The notes beneath the pieces were generated by a model, which searched no databases, had not been told where the DNA came from, and worked only from the letters and a program-made list of their open reading frames with translations. Both the position numbers and the translations under genes were made by a program. A DNA stretch of 64,000 bases from the human T2T-CHM13v2.0 reference genome, Homo sapiens: assembly GCF_009914755.1 (NCBI RefSeq), contig NC_060927.1; one strand, given 5' to 3'. Within the stretch, counting starts at the first letter, position 1, and the number at the start of each line of letters is the position of its first letter. Of the stretch, positions 11,571 to 23,942 are shown piece after piece.

Positions 11571-13879
11571 TACTTTCAGAGGTGACATCAGCAACGTGGG
11601 GAAATAGGAAGCCCCTGACTCTCCCTCCATCCACTAAAGCACCAAATAAATATGCATTCATGGATCAATCGCCTCTGAGAGAGAGTCAGAGTCTAGCTGA
11701 GAGATTTTAACCAATGGACAACCGGGAAAATATCCACATATGACAGGGAAGAAAAGCTGAGGCACACTCAGGCACAGAGCTTGCCCTGGGCACTGCACCA
11801 TAAAATAGGGTAAGTAATTCCCAACATCCAGCTTTTCCCTGTTGAGAGGAGGAATTGGAATTCACACTAAGATCCCCCACCGTTTATCGCTTAATTCGTC
11901 AGCAGAGGGAATTAGACACACATGAGTGTCTATAGACCACAGGAAAAAAGCAGTAGTTTTCTATAGGTGCCCAAGTGCTTTCAGGGGCTTCATACCCTAC
12001 TAGCAGTGCAGAAAGGGGATTTAAAAATGCAGCACCCAGTTTATCCCCAAAAGGAGTTTATGCACCAACTTTTATAGCTACCCATCAAAGAACTCCATCC
12101 TAAACCTCTTAGCTGTGGACGGAAGGGCCTAGACACATGCAAGTATCCCAAGATGACAAAACAGATGGTTTTAAATGGGTGTGTGAGAACACTTCCAACG
12201 ACTACAATCCCTTGTGGTATTGCAGAAAAGGGGTGGAAACATGTAGCTCTGATTTCCTCTGGGGAAGGGGATTATGGCACATACTTCCAGTGGCTACTTG
12301 TTATCTTGGCTTCTAAGAAACTTGCTTCAGGGAGCTAACAGGGCAAACAAACAAGAGTCATTCAGCACCCACAGCCAGAGCTTGGCACTGCACAAGCATT
12401 CTCTCTGGCTTGCCCAAGTGATAAAACCAGACCTACCCATTCTTCCTAGAAGGAGTGTGGCCACGCATCCAATACTACAATGTCTATAGTTCCCACCCAA
12501 GGAATTATCTCCTTCATGACTTAGCTCTGGGGTCAATAGAGGTTTGCATTTCCGAGTGGCCCTAGGCCACAAAAAAACAAAGATTTGGATATACAATGAG
12601 CCCTCTTCCAGCAGCCATCCCCACATGATCAGAGCATCCTGAAAGTGAGTACCAGGCATTTTCCAAAGATCCTCTCCCCAGCTTAGTGCAGAAAGAATGG
12701 GAAATAAGCATCTTCAGTCAGCTTCACTATCTTCCTTCTCAAATTGGACTTTTTTCTAATGTCTTTGAGTTCACTAAAATTTTTTCCATCTTGATGAAAA
12801 AAGTTATCTTCATCAAGATAGAAGGAACTGGAATACACATCTAACATCCCAACATTTCCAGATTTATCTAGAGAGTCTGGCTTGTACCTTATTTGTTTCA
12901 GTATCCTTACAAACATGGTACATCCTAAACTCTAGGAGATCACCTTAAACAAAGACAGTAGTCTGAACAAACAAAGAGTTGAGATACTCATTAAAGTCTC
13001 TAACTGGACAGATTAGTGAAATCTTTCTACTTCATGAGTCCAGTCTGACAAGACTAGGAGAGGTAGTTGTCTTAACTAATGCACACCAACACGGTCAAGA
13101 AAAATGAAGAAATTGGGAAATATATTCCAAATAAAAACACAAAATCTATCTCCAGTAATTCAACTGAGTAAAATGAAGATGTGATTTTACCCAACAGGGA
13201 ATTCAAGATGATGTTTATAAAGTTGTTCGCCAAGGTCAAAAAAGCAATGCAAAAACAAACTGAGCATGTTAACAAAGAGATACAAAGTATTTTAAAGTAT
13301 CAAACAGAAATCACAGATCTGAAGAATACTATAAACGAACTAAAAACTGAATAGAGTGGTTTGAGAGCAGACTACATCAAGCAAGAAAAAAAAGATTAGT
13401 GAACTCAAAGACATTAGAAAAAAATTTGAGGAGGAAAAAATAAAAAAAAAATAAAGGAAGAGAAGATAGCTGAGGAGACTTATGGACAACATCAAGTGGA
13501 AAACCTTATGCATTATTCACATGCCAGAAGGAAGAGAGAAAAAGATTGAACACATATTCTAAGAAATAATAGCAGACAATTATCCAAGACTAGGGAAGAA
13601 AATAGAAAGTCAGAATCAGGAAGCCCAAAGGACACCAAATAAAATAAATCCAAAGAGATTCATACAAAAACACACTGACAACTCAAGTTGTCAAAATTTA
13701 AAGACAAAAATATTGAAAGCAACAAAGAAAAAGCAAATTGTCACATATTTTAAAAACCCATAAGACTATCAGCAAATTTCTCAGCAAAAATCCTGCAGGC
13801 CAGAAAAGAGTGAGATGATACATTCAAAATCCTGAAAGAGAAAAACTGGCCACCAAAAAATACTACATAAGTCTCCTGC

Positions 13880-13968
13880 CTCCCCATGCCAATCAGTGGT
13901 TTCTCTCTCTGTGGTTTGAGTTACCTGTCATCAACCATGGCCTAAAATTATTAAATTAAAAATTGCAG
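13880..13968 (+). mobile_element. MER44/Tigger7-type terminal fragment
   Basis: gtggtttctctctctgtggtttgagttacctg..caaccatggcctaaaattattaaat resembles the MER44 5' end with CpG decay. Confidence 0.6.
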
Positions 13969-14005
13969 GGCCAACTGCAGTGGTTTGTGCCTGTAATCTC
14001 AGCAG
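13969..14005 (+). mobile_element. Alu/FLAM 5' stub
   Basis: ggccaactgcagtggtttgtgcctgtaatctcagca. Confidence 0.65.
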
Positions 14006-15739
14006 TCTTGGGGCTATGCTCATTTTGGACAAATAGCCTTTAGGTCAAAAACTTTAAAAAGAGATAATGAAGGTTATTATATAGTAAAGGAGTCATTTCT
14101 TCATGAAAATATAACAATTTAAAATATGCATGTACTCAACATCACAGAACATAAATATTACAAGTAACATTAAGAGATTCAAAGAGAGATGTAGACTGCA
14201 AGAAAATCATAATAGGAAATTTTATTATCCCATTTTTAACATTGCCCGGATCATCTAGACAGAAAATGAGGACAGAAAACTTGGACTTGAACTACACTTT
14301 AGACCAAATAGATGTAACAGTCATATATAGAATATTCCACCCAACAGCAACAGGATACATATTCTTCTCTAGTACACAGAAAACCTTCTCTGGGATAGAT
14401 CATGTTAGGCTCCAAACAAGACTTAACAAATTTAAGAAGACTGAAATCACATCAAGTACCTTTTTAAACCACAATTGTATGAAATTAGAAATTAATAACA
14501 CAAGAAACCATGGAAAATTAACACATATGTGGAAATTAAACAATTTGTTTCTGAACAACTACTGGGTCAAAGAGGAAATTTAAAAATATTTTAGGGAAAC
14601 AAAAGTGGAAACAAAACATATAAAAACAAGATTCAGCAAAATTATTTCTTAAAGGAAAGTTTAGAGCAAAGAACACCTACATCAAAAAGAAGAAAGATTG
14701 CAAACAAGTTAACATTGTAGCTCAAGAAACTAGAGAAAAAGAACAAATTAAGCTCAAAGTTAACAGACAGAGGAAATAAAAATCAGAGCAGAAATAAATG
14801 AAATAGAGACTAGAAAAAAATAGAAAAGATAAATGAAAATGAGTTGGATTTTGAAAAGCTAAACAAAATTGACAAACCCTTGGCTAGGCTACTTAAGAAA
14901 AATGAAGACTCCAATAAATAAAATAAAAAAAGAAAGAGAAGATATTGCCACTACAGAAATACAAAGGATCATAAGAAACTACCACAACCAATTACATGCC
15001 AGGAAATTGGACAACCTAAAAATAATGGATAAATTCCTATAAACATACAGCCTACCTAGACTGAATCTCAAAGAAATTGGAAATCTGAACAGACAAATAA
15101 CAAGTAAAGAGATTAAATCAGTACCAAAAACATTTTCATCAAAGAAAAGCCCAGGACCAGAAGGCTTCATGGCTGAATTCTATCCAATATTTTAACAAAA
15201 ACTCATACCACTCCTTCTCAAACTCTTCCAAACAAATTGAAGAAGAGGTAACATTTTTAAATGCATTTGATGAGGTCAGCAACACTCTGATACTGAAGCC
15301 AGACAAAGACACTGCAAGAATAGGAAAATAAAATCCAATATTACTAATAAACACAGATGAAAAATCCTCAAGAAAATACTAGCAAACTGCATTCGACAGT
15401 ACATTAATAGACTTGTTCACCATGAACAAGTGGGATTTATCTTGGAATGCAAAGTTAATTCAACATATGCAAATCAATTAACTTGCTTTGCCATTAAAGC
15501 ATTTTTCAATTAAATATACTTTTATGATTAAAATCTTCAACAAATTAAGTATAAGAGGAATATTCCTCAAAAAGTATAGGCCACCTATGACAAGTCCACA
15601 GCTAACATCACACTCTACATTGAAAACGTGAAGGCTCTTTCCCTAAGATCTGGAACAAGGCAAGGATACTCACACTCACCACGTCTGTTTGACAGATAAC
15701 TACAGGTAGTAGTTACAGATGTTGAATGGTTTTTGAATA

Positions 15740-17342
15740 CAGTCATGTGCCACATAATGACATTTTGGCCAGTGATGGACTGCATATACAACAGTAGTCT
15801 CATAAGATTATAATGGAGCTGAAAAATTCCTATGGCTTAGCGATGTCACAGGCCTTGTAATGTTGTAGCACAACACATTATTTACATGTTTGTGGTGATG
15901 CTGGTGATGCTGGTGTAAACAAACTTAGTAAGTTTTATATGCCAGTCATATAAAAGTCCAGCACATATAATTATGTGTAGCATATAATACTTAATAATAA
16001 ATGACACTGTTACTGGCTTATGTATTTACTATATATTTTTTTGTTATTTTAGAATGTACTTTTTCTACTTTTAAAAAATAAGTTAATTATAAAACAGCCT
16101 CATGCAGGTCCTTTAGGAGGTATTCCAGAAGGAGGCATTTTTTATCATAGGAGATTATACCTCCACGTGTATTATTGCTCCTGAAGACCTTCTAGTGAAA
16201 CAAAATATGGAGTTGGAGAAAAGTTACACTGAGGATTCCAATCCTGTGTAGACCTAGGCTAATGTGTGTGCTTGTGTCTTAGATTTTAACAAAAATATAT
16301 ATTAATAAAAAGTAAAAAAAAAAGAATATTCTAAAAATAGAAAAAAAGCTCATAGAATCAGGATAGAAGAAAATATTTTGATATAGATGTACAATGTGTT
16401 TCTGTTTTAAGTTGTGTTATTACAAGAGTCAAAAGGGTTTTTAAAAAATTAGGCTTTGTAAAGTTAAAAAGTTACACTAAGCTAATGTTAATTTACCATT
16501 AAAGAAAGAAAAACATTCTTTATAAATTTAGTGTGTCCTAAGTGTGCGATGTTTATAAAGCCTGCAGTAGTGTACAGGAATGTCCTAGGCCTTTACATTC
16601 ACTCACCACTCACTCACTGATTCACCCAGCGCAACTTCCAGTCCTGTGAGCTCCATTTATGGTATGTGTCTTATAAAGGTGAATCATGTTTTATATTGTA
16701 TGTTAACTGCACTTTTGAAATGTTTGGATATGTTTAGCTACATAGGTACTGATATGGTTTGGCTCTGTGTCCCCACACAAATCTCATCCAAATTGTAGTT
16801 GCCATAATCCCCAGGTGTACAGGGAGAAACCTGAAGAGAGATGATTAGATAATGGGGGTGTTTCCCCCATGCTCTTCTCATGATAGTAAGTGAGTTCCCA
16901 CAAGATCTAATGCTTTTATAAGTGACTCTTCCCCCTTTGCTCATTTCATAACTCTTGCCTGCTGCCATGTAAGATGTGCCTCTTCCCTTTTCCCATGATT
17001 GTAATTTTCCTGAGGCTTCCCCAACCATGTGGAACTTTGAGTGAATTAACCTTCTCTTCTTTATAAATTACCCAGTCTCGGGTATGTCTTTAGAGCCGCA
17101 GGTAAATGGACTAATACAGGTACTTACCATTTTGTTACAATTACCTACAATATTCAGTACACTAACACACTGGACAGGTTTGCAGCCTAGGAGCAATAAA
17201 CTATGCCATATAGCTTAAGTGTATAGTAGACTATACCATCTATATTTGTGTAAGTACACCACATCATATTTGCAAAATGACAAAATCACCTAAGGACCCA
17301 TTTTTCAGAACTTACGCCCCGTCATTAAGCCATGCATGACAG
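15740..17342 (+). mobile_element. Tigger3b (TcMar-Tigger non-autonomous)
   Basis: Termini cagtcatgtgccacataatgac / gtcattaagccatgcatgacag, TA on both sides, internal aagattataatggagctgaaaaattcctat. Confidence 0.9.
16750..17118 (+). mobile_element. THE1 (C/D-like) solo LTR nested in Tigger3b
   Basis: tgatatggtttggctctgtgtcccca...ggactaataca with perfect 5-bp TSD ggtac. Confidence 0.95.
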
Positions 17343-18569
17343 TAGTTGAGGGCCTTAAAATATAGGCTACCTGATAGTTACAGAAACAAGTGAGATCTTA
17401 ATGTGTGGGTTTTGTGTCTTGATCTGGAGAATAGATTCACCACTTGGACTGTTGTTTGCAGGTTAATGTTAAGGAAAAGATCATTAATCTTGAGTCTTAA
17501 AAAAGTTTTGAAATGACTTCTGACTGATGAAAGGAACAAAACATGTTGTTTTCATTGTGTTTTCAGCTGTGCCAAGATTTCAAACTGCAGAGTTAACTAA
17601 GTGCTATGTATGCTAAATTCATTATTTTCAATTTGCTGCTTCAAATTCTATTAATTGCACTGAAGAACAAAAGTAGGCACTTCTCTTTCATAATTTTATG
17701 GTTTGGACATAGCCTCTTGAGAGCCACTTTGTCATTACAAGGTTTGATACATTCAGGAGCTTTGAACATGGCTTCAGATTTCAGAGATAGAAATGGTAAA
17801 ATGATAGATTTTATAACAAAGCAACACATATGGGTAGATGTTCTTATAATAAAGATAATCTGTCGTTTGGTTTAAGTTATGAAATAATTCAGTGAAATTA
17901 TTGTAAACAATGCTAAGAAGGGAAAAACCAAGAAAGCAAGCAAGAAAGCTAATTTGGACCTGGAAGAGCCTGATTTTGAGAATCAAGATTGTCAAGGTAA
18001 TTAAATCAAGTGAGAATTGAAATGACTTGTTTAGTTAGTCTTACTATCAGAAAAGAAAAAATAGAATGATGAAAATAGAACACAATAAAAACAAGCATTT
18101 TAATCAATAAACCTGACAGTGATTATAATGAAAAAGATGTCTAAATCAGGATACATACTAATAAAAGAAAAAAGGGAGTGCTCCCAAGTGCTTGATCTTA
18201 AAGTCAGCATTCCAAAAGAGAAAAATATTTTCAGTATACCAGAAATGGTGACTGGATGCAGTAGAATCAAAGACAGGATAAGAATCCAGATTTTGAGAGC
18301 AGATTAGAATGACTCCTCCAGAGGAGACAATGAATTAGGAAATGATACATTTTAGGTAGAGTCCAGAATAAAGCAATGAGGGAAAACCTCACACACCCCC
18401 AGGATGTTTTTACCAAATTTGCAAAGGCTTATAAGGGGAAAACTTTTAAAAATCAATGTAAAATATGTAATTGCTAGGTGTAGTCATAAATTAGGTAGAT
18501 ACTTTAGGTGAAATATCATACTAGATTAATATATGTAAGGCTGTAAGAAGAGATAAAAATAAAGAAGAG

Positions 18570-19068
18570 TAAATTAATTTCCTATTCATGTATCACATAT
18601 TACTACAATCTTAATGGCCTAAAATAACACCCATATATTACACCACAGTTTCAGTCAGTCTGGATCAAAGTTCATTGCAGTTGAATCATTTGTTTGGGTC
18701 TCCTGAGGCTGCAATGAATGTGTCATGCAGACTGGAGTTCTTATCTGAGTCTTTTTCTAATATTAGTCAGGTGTTGGCACAATGCAATGCCTGTGGTTGT
18801 ACTAAGGCTATCTGATGTTAGATTCTGTCGTTCTCCACAAGCAGTTCACTACGTGCTACTTGGATCTTTCTTCAACTCAGTCGTCAACTGACTAGGGAGC
18901 TTAATTACATCTGCAAAATGCCTTTTGCCACTTAACATAAGCTAATCATAGATGTGATATTGGATTATATACACAAATCTCATCCACATTTAAAGAGAGG
19001 TGATTATACAGGGCATGTACACTTGGGGACAGGAATCCTGAGAGTCACTTTAGACTTATGTATACCAG
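18570..19068 (-). mobile_element. MLT1 (E/F-like) MaLR LTR
   Basis: tttcctatt..cttaatggcctaaaataacac..cacagttt; ttaattacatctgcaaaat; gattatacagggcatgtacac..ggaatc. Confidence 0.7.
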
Positions 19069-20524
19069 AATGAGAATTATTAAAAAGGTCCAGTTAGTTT
19101 AATACTAGATTGAATTCTGATTTATTAGAATATATTCAGAAAAACAGCACATTGGACAGATGAAGGAAATTTAAAATAAGAAACTAATTTCAAGTTTGGT
19201 GTCAAGAAATTTTTTTAAAGATGAGGCAAATACAATAGGAAGCTGTTATGCATTTTAGGGTTGGATGGGCAGAGCCCAATTAATAGCTCCAGTACCAACT
19301 GCTGCTCTGCAGGGTAATGAGACAGGAGATACTAATGCTGTGAAGAAGGGGTCATCTGGCTGTATCTGAAGGTAAGGGTCATGAAGAAAGTACAGAAATT
19401 TGGAGCATCAAAGAGGGCTACATAGCATTATTTGAGACTTTAGAGAGAGGAAGGAAAACCCTTTGGACTCTTTTCCTGTTTCCTGCCAAACAGTGCACAA
19501 GACTATCTGGTATTTGTAGAATGAGGAAGTCATCCCACTTAACAAAGAGTGAAAAGAAGAGGAAGTGAGGCAGGTTGGGGTGTGTACAGAATCTGCGAAC
19601 AAACAGGCAAAGGACTGTCGTACGAGCCTTAGATTAGACATGGGGCCATTTGGAAAATACATTCTGTTAAGATTATCCTCAATGAGGAAGATGAAGAGGG
19701 GCAATAATTTTTTTAATGACAAAGTTTAGTAGCTATTGAAATATTGACTGTGTGTGTGTGTATTCTCACATATAAAGGATTCCAATTATATAATTTGGAA
19801 AAATAAATTAGAAAAACAGTATAACTCAGCTAGAGAGCTATTAAAATGAAGAAAGGATTTCCATTCCAGCAAATGATGCTGGCCTTATATGCAGTGTGAC
19901 TAAATTTCTGGATAGCCAAGGACAGTCATGGTTTTTACCTGCTGTCCCTATCACTCACAAAACTAGGTTAGATAATAAATTATATGCCACCTTACTTAGA
20001 CGAGGAAGTAAACCAACTTAAGGAGTAGAATAAACTATTCAAAACTCAGCTACATCTTCCTCAAAGAAATAGGAAAATAGCAGATGGAAATGACATATTT
20101 GAGGAATATCTCACTACTGCAGAAGAAAATACAACATAGAAAAATATATGTTACCCAAGACCTGCACAATCAAATGTTGCAGACAGTGTTCTAATGATCA
20201 TACAGCACACATATTATTCCTATCCAGGTTTACAGGGGTCCAGGCTGCACAAACATCCACAACAGCTTCATCTCGGCAATCTGCTTAGATTGATCGTCCA
20301 GTGAGAGGGACTGCAGGCACTAAGGCTAATTTTTCCCTACAGGCAAGGTGTTCCAGGACTAAGCAATTCTAGAGAGACAGTAGAAACCCAAGAAACTTAT
20401 TTTTCCAAGAGCGTCTTGACTCTCACTACTGAGCAGTAGGATTCCAGGAACACAATGAAAGGAAATACAAACATTAAGAAGTTTTCAATATGCTACACGG
20501 AAAGGGAAAGTACCTTAACATGAT

Positions 20525-21342
20525 CCAGTGACTAGGGCTGTCATAACTGCAAACTCTATAAGAAATCATAAGATGCCAAGAATGGTTCCCAGTATAGGAA
20601 AACAGACTGTCGCACAGCAAGAGCAACATCATCTTGAAGGATACATTCATAAAGAGGGATGTTTGACTCATCTGTACCAAGGCAGTCCTGCAGCCAGGTC
20701 AAGAGACAATGCCTGTAGCATAAATATCCTCTCATAGAGAAACAATTCCCATAGCATAGATAACCCCTCATAAAGAGGTTTATCTACCCTGCCCAGCGGT
20801 TACAAGTTTTGTTAAAAAAAAAAAAAAAAAAAGTGTGATGTGTGATCAGCTGCACAGGTTTTATCAAAAACTTGCTATATAAAGAAAACTTGCTGGAGAG
20901 CTGGTGTGAGGATTCACCATCTCATGGCCACCTGAGACATAGCTTCTGTTGGTAAGTCCCTATTAATGTTTCTTTCTGAGAAATTGGATTTGGCAGCCTC
21001 TTTCTTCAGCCTTTCAGCTCCATTAGCCTTTGAGGAGAGGTTTGCATAGACTTGCTCACTGCGGAACACCGAATGACTTTTCTTGTCCCCTGGTGTTTTC
21101 CAGCAATAACTTGTCTGTCCTTTGCTTGTGGACTCATCACTCCAATCTCTGCCTTCTTCGTCACATATCATTCTTCTTATAAACAAGTGATATTGGATTA
21201 GGGCTCGCCCTAATCATGTATGACCTTATCTTCACTTGATTACATCTTCAAAGACCCTACTTTCCAAATAAGGTCACCATTACAAATACTGGAGGTTAGG
21301 ACTTCAATATGTATGTTGGGGAGACACAGTTTAATTTGCAAC
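20525..21342 (-). mobile_element. MLT1B/C-like LTR interrupted by another LTR
   Basis: 21075-21342 has catcactccaatctctgcc..ggattagggc..gattacatct..aaagaccctactttccaaataaggtcac; ctagggctgtcataac stub near 20530 is weaker. Confidence 0.7.
20608..21068 (+). mobile_element. Solo ERV LTR (LTR47/LTR32-like)
   Basis: TG...CA ends, tatataaag box near 20877, 3' end ggtttgcatagacttgctcactgcggaaca; internal ~36-bp tandem repeat. Confidence 0.6.
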
Positions 21343-21827
21343 AAAGCACATCAATTTTATTTTTCTCTTCAACACAATTGCAAAGTCAGAAGTCTTCTGG
21401 AAGCCAAAAATAACTATTATAATATTGCTTGAGATGCATGGTGTTCTGTAATTAAGAGTTATAAAATTTAATAGTAATACATTCCATAAGAGCATTTTAC
21501 TCACTAAAATGGCTGATGATATGTCAAAGTTCAATTAGTAGAAATGTTAACTTTTGAATTATTCTTTGTTAGGGACTGGGAAGAAGTGACCTGTTGTACA
21601 TCAGAGCTGTTTATTATAAGAAAGACATTTTTCTACTGTCTTAAAAAACAAAGACAGTTGATTTATCCTTTAACCAAAAAGCACTTTTGCAAGGAATCTT
21701 TATATGAGTGATATATACAATTTAGTTAAATTAAAATATCTGCCACATATATTGAAATAAGTATTTCCCATTATTGAAAGGAAACAAATCAAAGCATAAT
21801 ATTATTATTATGTTTCCTGACTAAATT

Positions 21828-21970
21828 TTCAGAAATATATATATATTTCTGAATATATATATACTATTTATATACTATTATATATTCAGTATATATATAA
21901 TGAATATATATATATACTGAATATATATATACTGAATATATAATAGTATATATATATATATATACTATTA
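21828..21970. repeat. Palindromic TA-rich repeat
   Basis: (TA)n runs interrupted by inverted ttcag/ctgaa and actatt/aatagt units. Confidence 0.92.
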
Positions 21971-22924
21971 ACAAAACAAGCATTAGTAAACTTTGGGAAA
22001 GCAGCCAGATTGTTTGTGCATGTGATATCAAAGTTGATGCAGTTTCACAGTTGCTTGTTTCCTGACAGCTCCTAATAACGGAGATCTGTTTTATTCAATT
22101 TTCCTTTAATAACCATACAATTATATAATGGATTCGCATATTTTAAATGATAAAAGAGTACTTCCATTATATATCAGCGGGAGAGTATCTTAAGTTTCAT
22201 GCTGCCATGAGCATTTTGAAATTTTGGTTGTTCTATTAGTTTATAGCTATTACGATATGGTTCAATGAAAGCATTACATACACTAAAATTATAACTGGAT
22301 AAAAATACATTTTTATATTTAGAAACCCCATAGACAAAAATCTACTTCCAAAACCAATGATGACTTCAGTCTGAGAAGTGGATCTCTATATTGTATACAT
22401 GTTCTGTCAAACAGATAACTTTTTGTTAATGCTTACAATGTCTACAAAAACCAGACATGGATGCAATACTATATAAAACTTTATTTTTAAAATAGATTTC
22501 ATACAAATGATTTGAAACTAAAGGAGATAGTATAGACAACATTCTAAATGCTGAATGTGTTACAGAAGTACATTTGTTATTTCTTTTTGTGTGTTTTCTT
22601 TCTGTTGGCTTAAAAAACAGCTGATTTCACAATTAAAATTATAGGAATATTAGTGTAACCTAGCAATAAAAGCAGAGAATAGAATATGTTGATGTGGTAT
22701 GTTGTTTATGATATTGTGCAAGATAATTTTTAACTAGTGAGAAATAAAGTTTTCTTTGAAACTCCCAAAGAAATCCACAACAGAAATACTATTAGAGTTT
22801 AGTGACATTCACAGTATTTTAATTTTATTTAAAATTAACCTTTCTCTTTTCTGTATATACCATGTATAATATATTAATAATTCTAATTTATAAGAATTAT
22901 CTATTATAAATTAAATTTTTTAAA

Positions 22925-23942
22925 AATATTTTTAAAATTTATAATTAACATATAATTGTACATACTTGTGGAGTACAATGTGAGGTTTTAACGCATGTAT
23001 ATAGAGTAGAATAATCAAATTAGGGGAGTTAACATTCTGTATTTTGGCTATTGTGAATAGTCCTGCAATAAACACTGGAGTATAACTATCTCTCCAGTAT
23101 ATCAATTTTCTTTCTTTTGGGTATATACCCAACGGTGGTGTTGCTAGATCATATGGTCGTTCTATTTTTAGTTTTTTGAGGAACCTCCATAGTGTTCTCA
23201 ATTGAGACTGTACTAATTTACATTCCCATCAACAGTATATAAAAGTTTCCTTTTCTGTACATCCTTGCCAGAATTTTTGTTTGTTTGTTTTGTGTTTTCT
23301 TTTTTTTTTTTCTTTTTTTTTTTTTTCATTTTCGATTACAGCCATTCTAGCTGGGGTTAAGTAATATCTCATTTTAGTTTTAATTTGCGTTTCTCTGATG
23401 ACTGGTGATGCTGAGCATTTGCCCATATATCACTTGGCCATTTGTTAGTCTAATTTGGAGAAAAGTCTGGTCAGGTATTTTGTCCATTCTTTAATCAGAA
23501 TATTTGTTTTTTTGCTGAGTTGTTTGGGTTTCTTATACATCCTGGATATTAACTCTTTGTCAGGTGGATACTTTGTACATATTTTCCCATTTTTAGGTTG
23601 TCTCTTTATCTTATTGCTTGTTTCTTTTGCTGTGTAGAAGTCTTTTAGTTTGACATAATTCCATTTTTTCTATTTTTGCTTTTGATCCCTGCGCTTTTGA
23701 CGTCTTCTTCAAAACATCCTCACCTAGTCCAGTTTCATGAAGCATTTTCCCTATATTTTATTCTAGTAGTTTCATAGTTTCAGGTATCATATTTAAGTTT
23801 TTAATTTATTTAGAACTAATTTTTGTATATGGTGAGAAATAGGAGTCTAGTTTCATTCTTCTACATGTAGCTATCCAGGGTCCCCAGCACTACTGATGGA
23901 AGAGACTGCTCTTTCCTCGATGTAAATTTTTCCTGCCTTTGA
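22925..23942 (-). mobile_element. L1MA 3' fragment with internal deletion
   Basis: Terminal aattgtacatacttgtggagtacaatgtg; ORF 22932-23201 reads WRFLKKLKIE.PYD.A.PLGIYPKE (ORF2 C-terminus). Confidence 0.92.

Larger units (their letters stand above)
11578..15690 (+). mobile_element. Old L1M with 5'UTR, decayed ORF1 and 5' half of ORF2; internal deletion and 3' truncation
   Basis: 5' motif ggtgacatcagcaa..gaaataggaag; A-rich ORF1-like region 13100-13865; ORF 14242-14583 reads as L1 endonuclease C-terminus (LDLNYTLDQIDVTVIYRIFHP..FFSS..IDH..WVKEEI); aagcccaggaccagaaggcttca motif. Confidence 0.9.

Noticed and set aside
14242-14583. 113-aa ORF as a functional endonuclease
   Set aside because: It is a fragment of a heavily mutated L1 ORF2 with a non-ATG start and surrounding frameshifts.
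17545-18002. Acceptor (ttttcag at 17566) and donor (AAG|GTAATT near 17996) as an exon
   Set aside because: About 430 bp with stops; motifs are common by chance and there is no other support.
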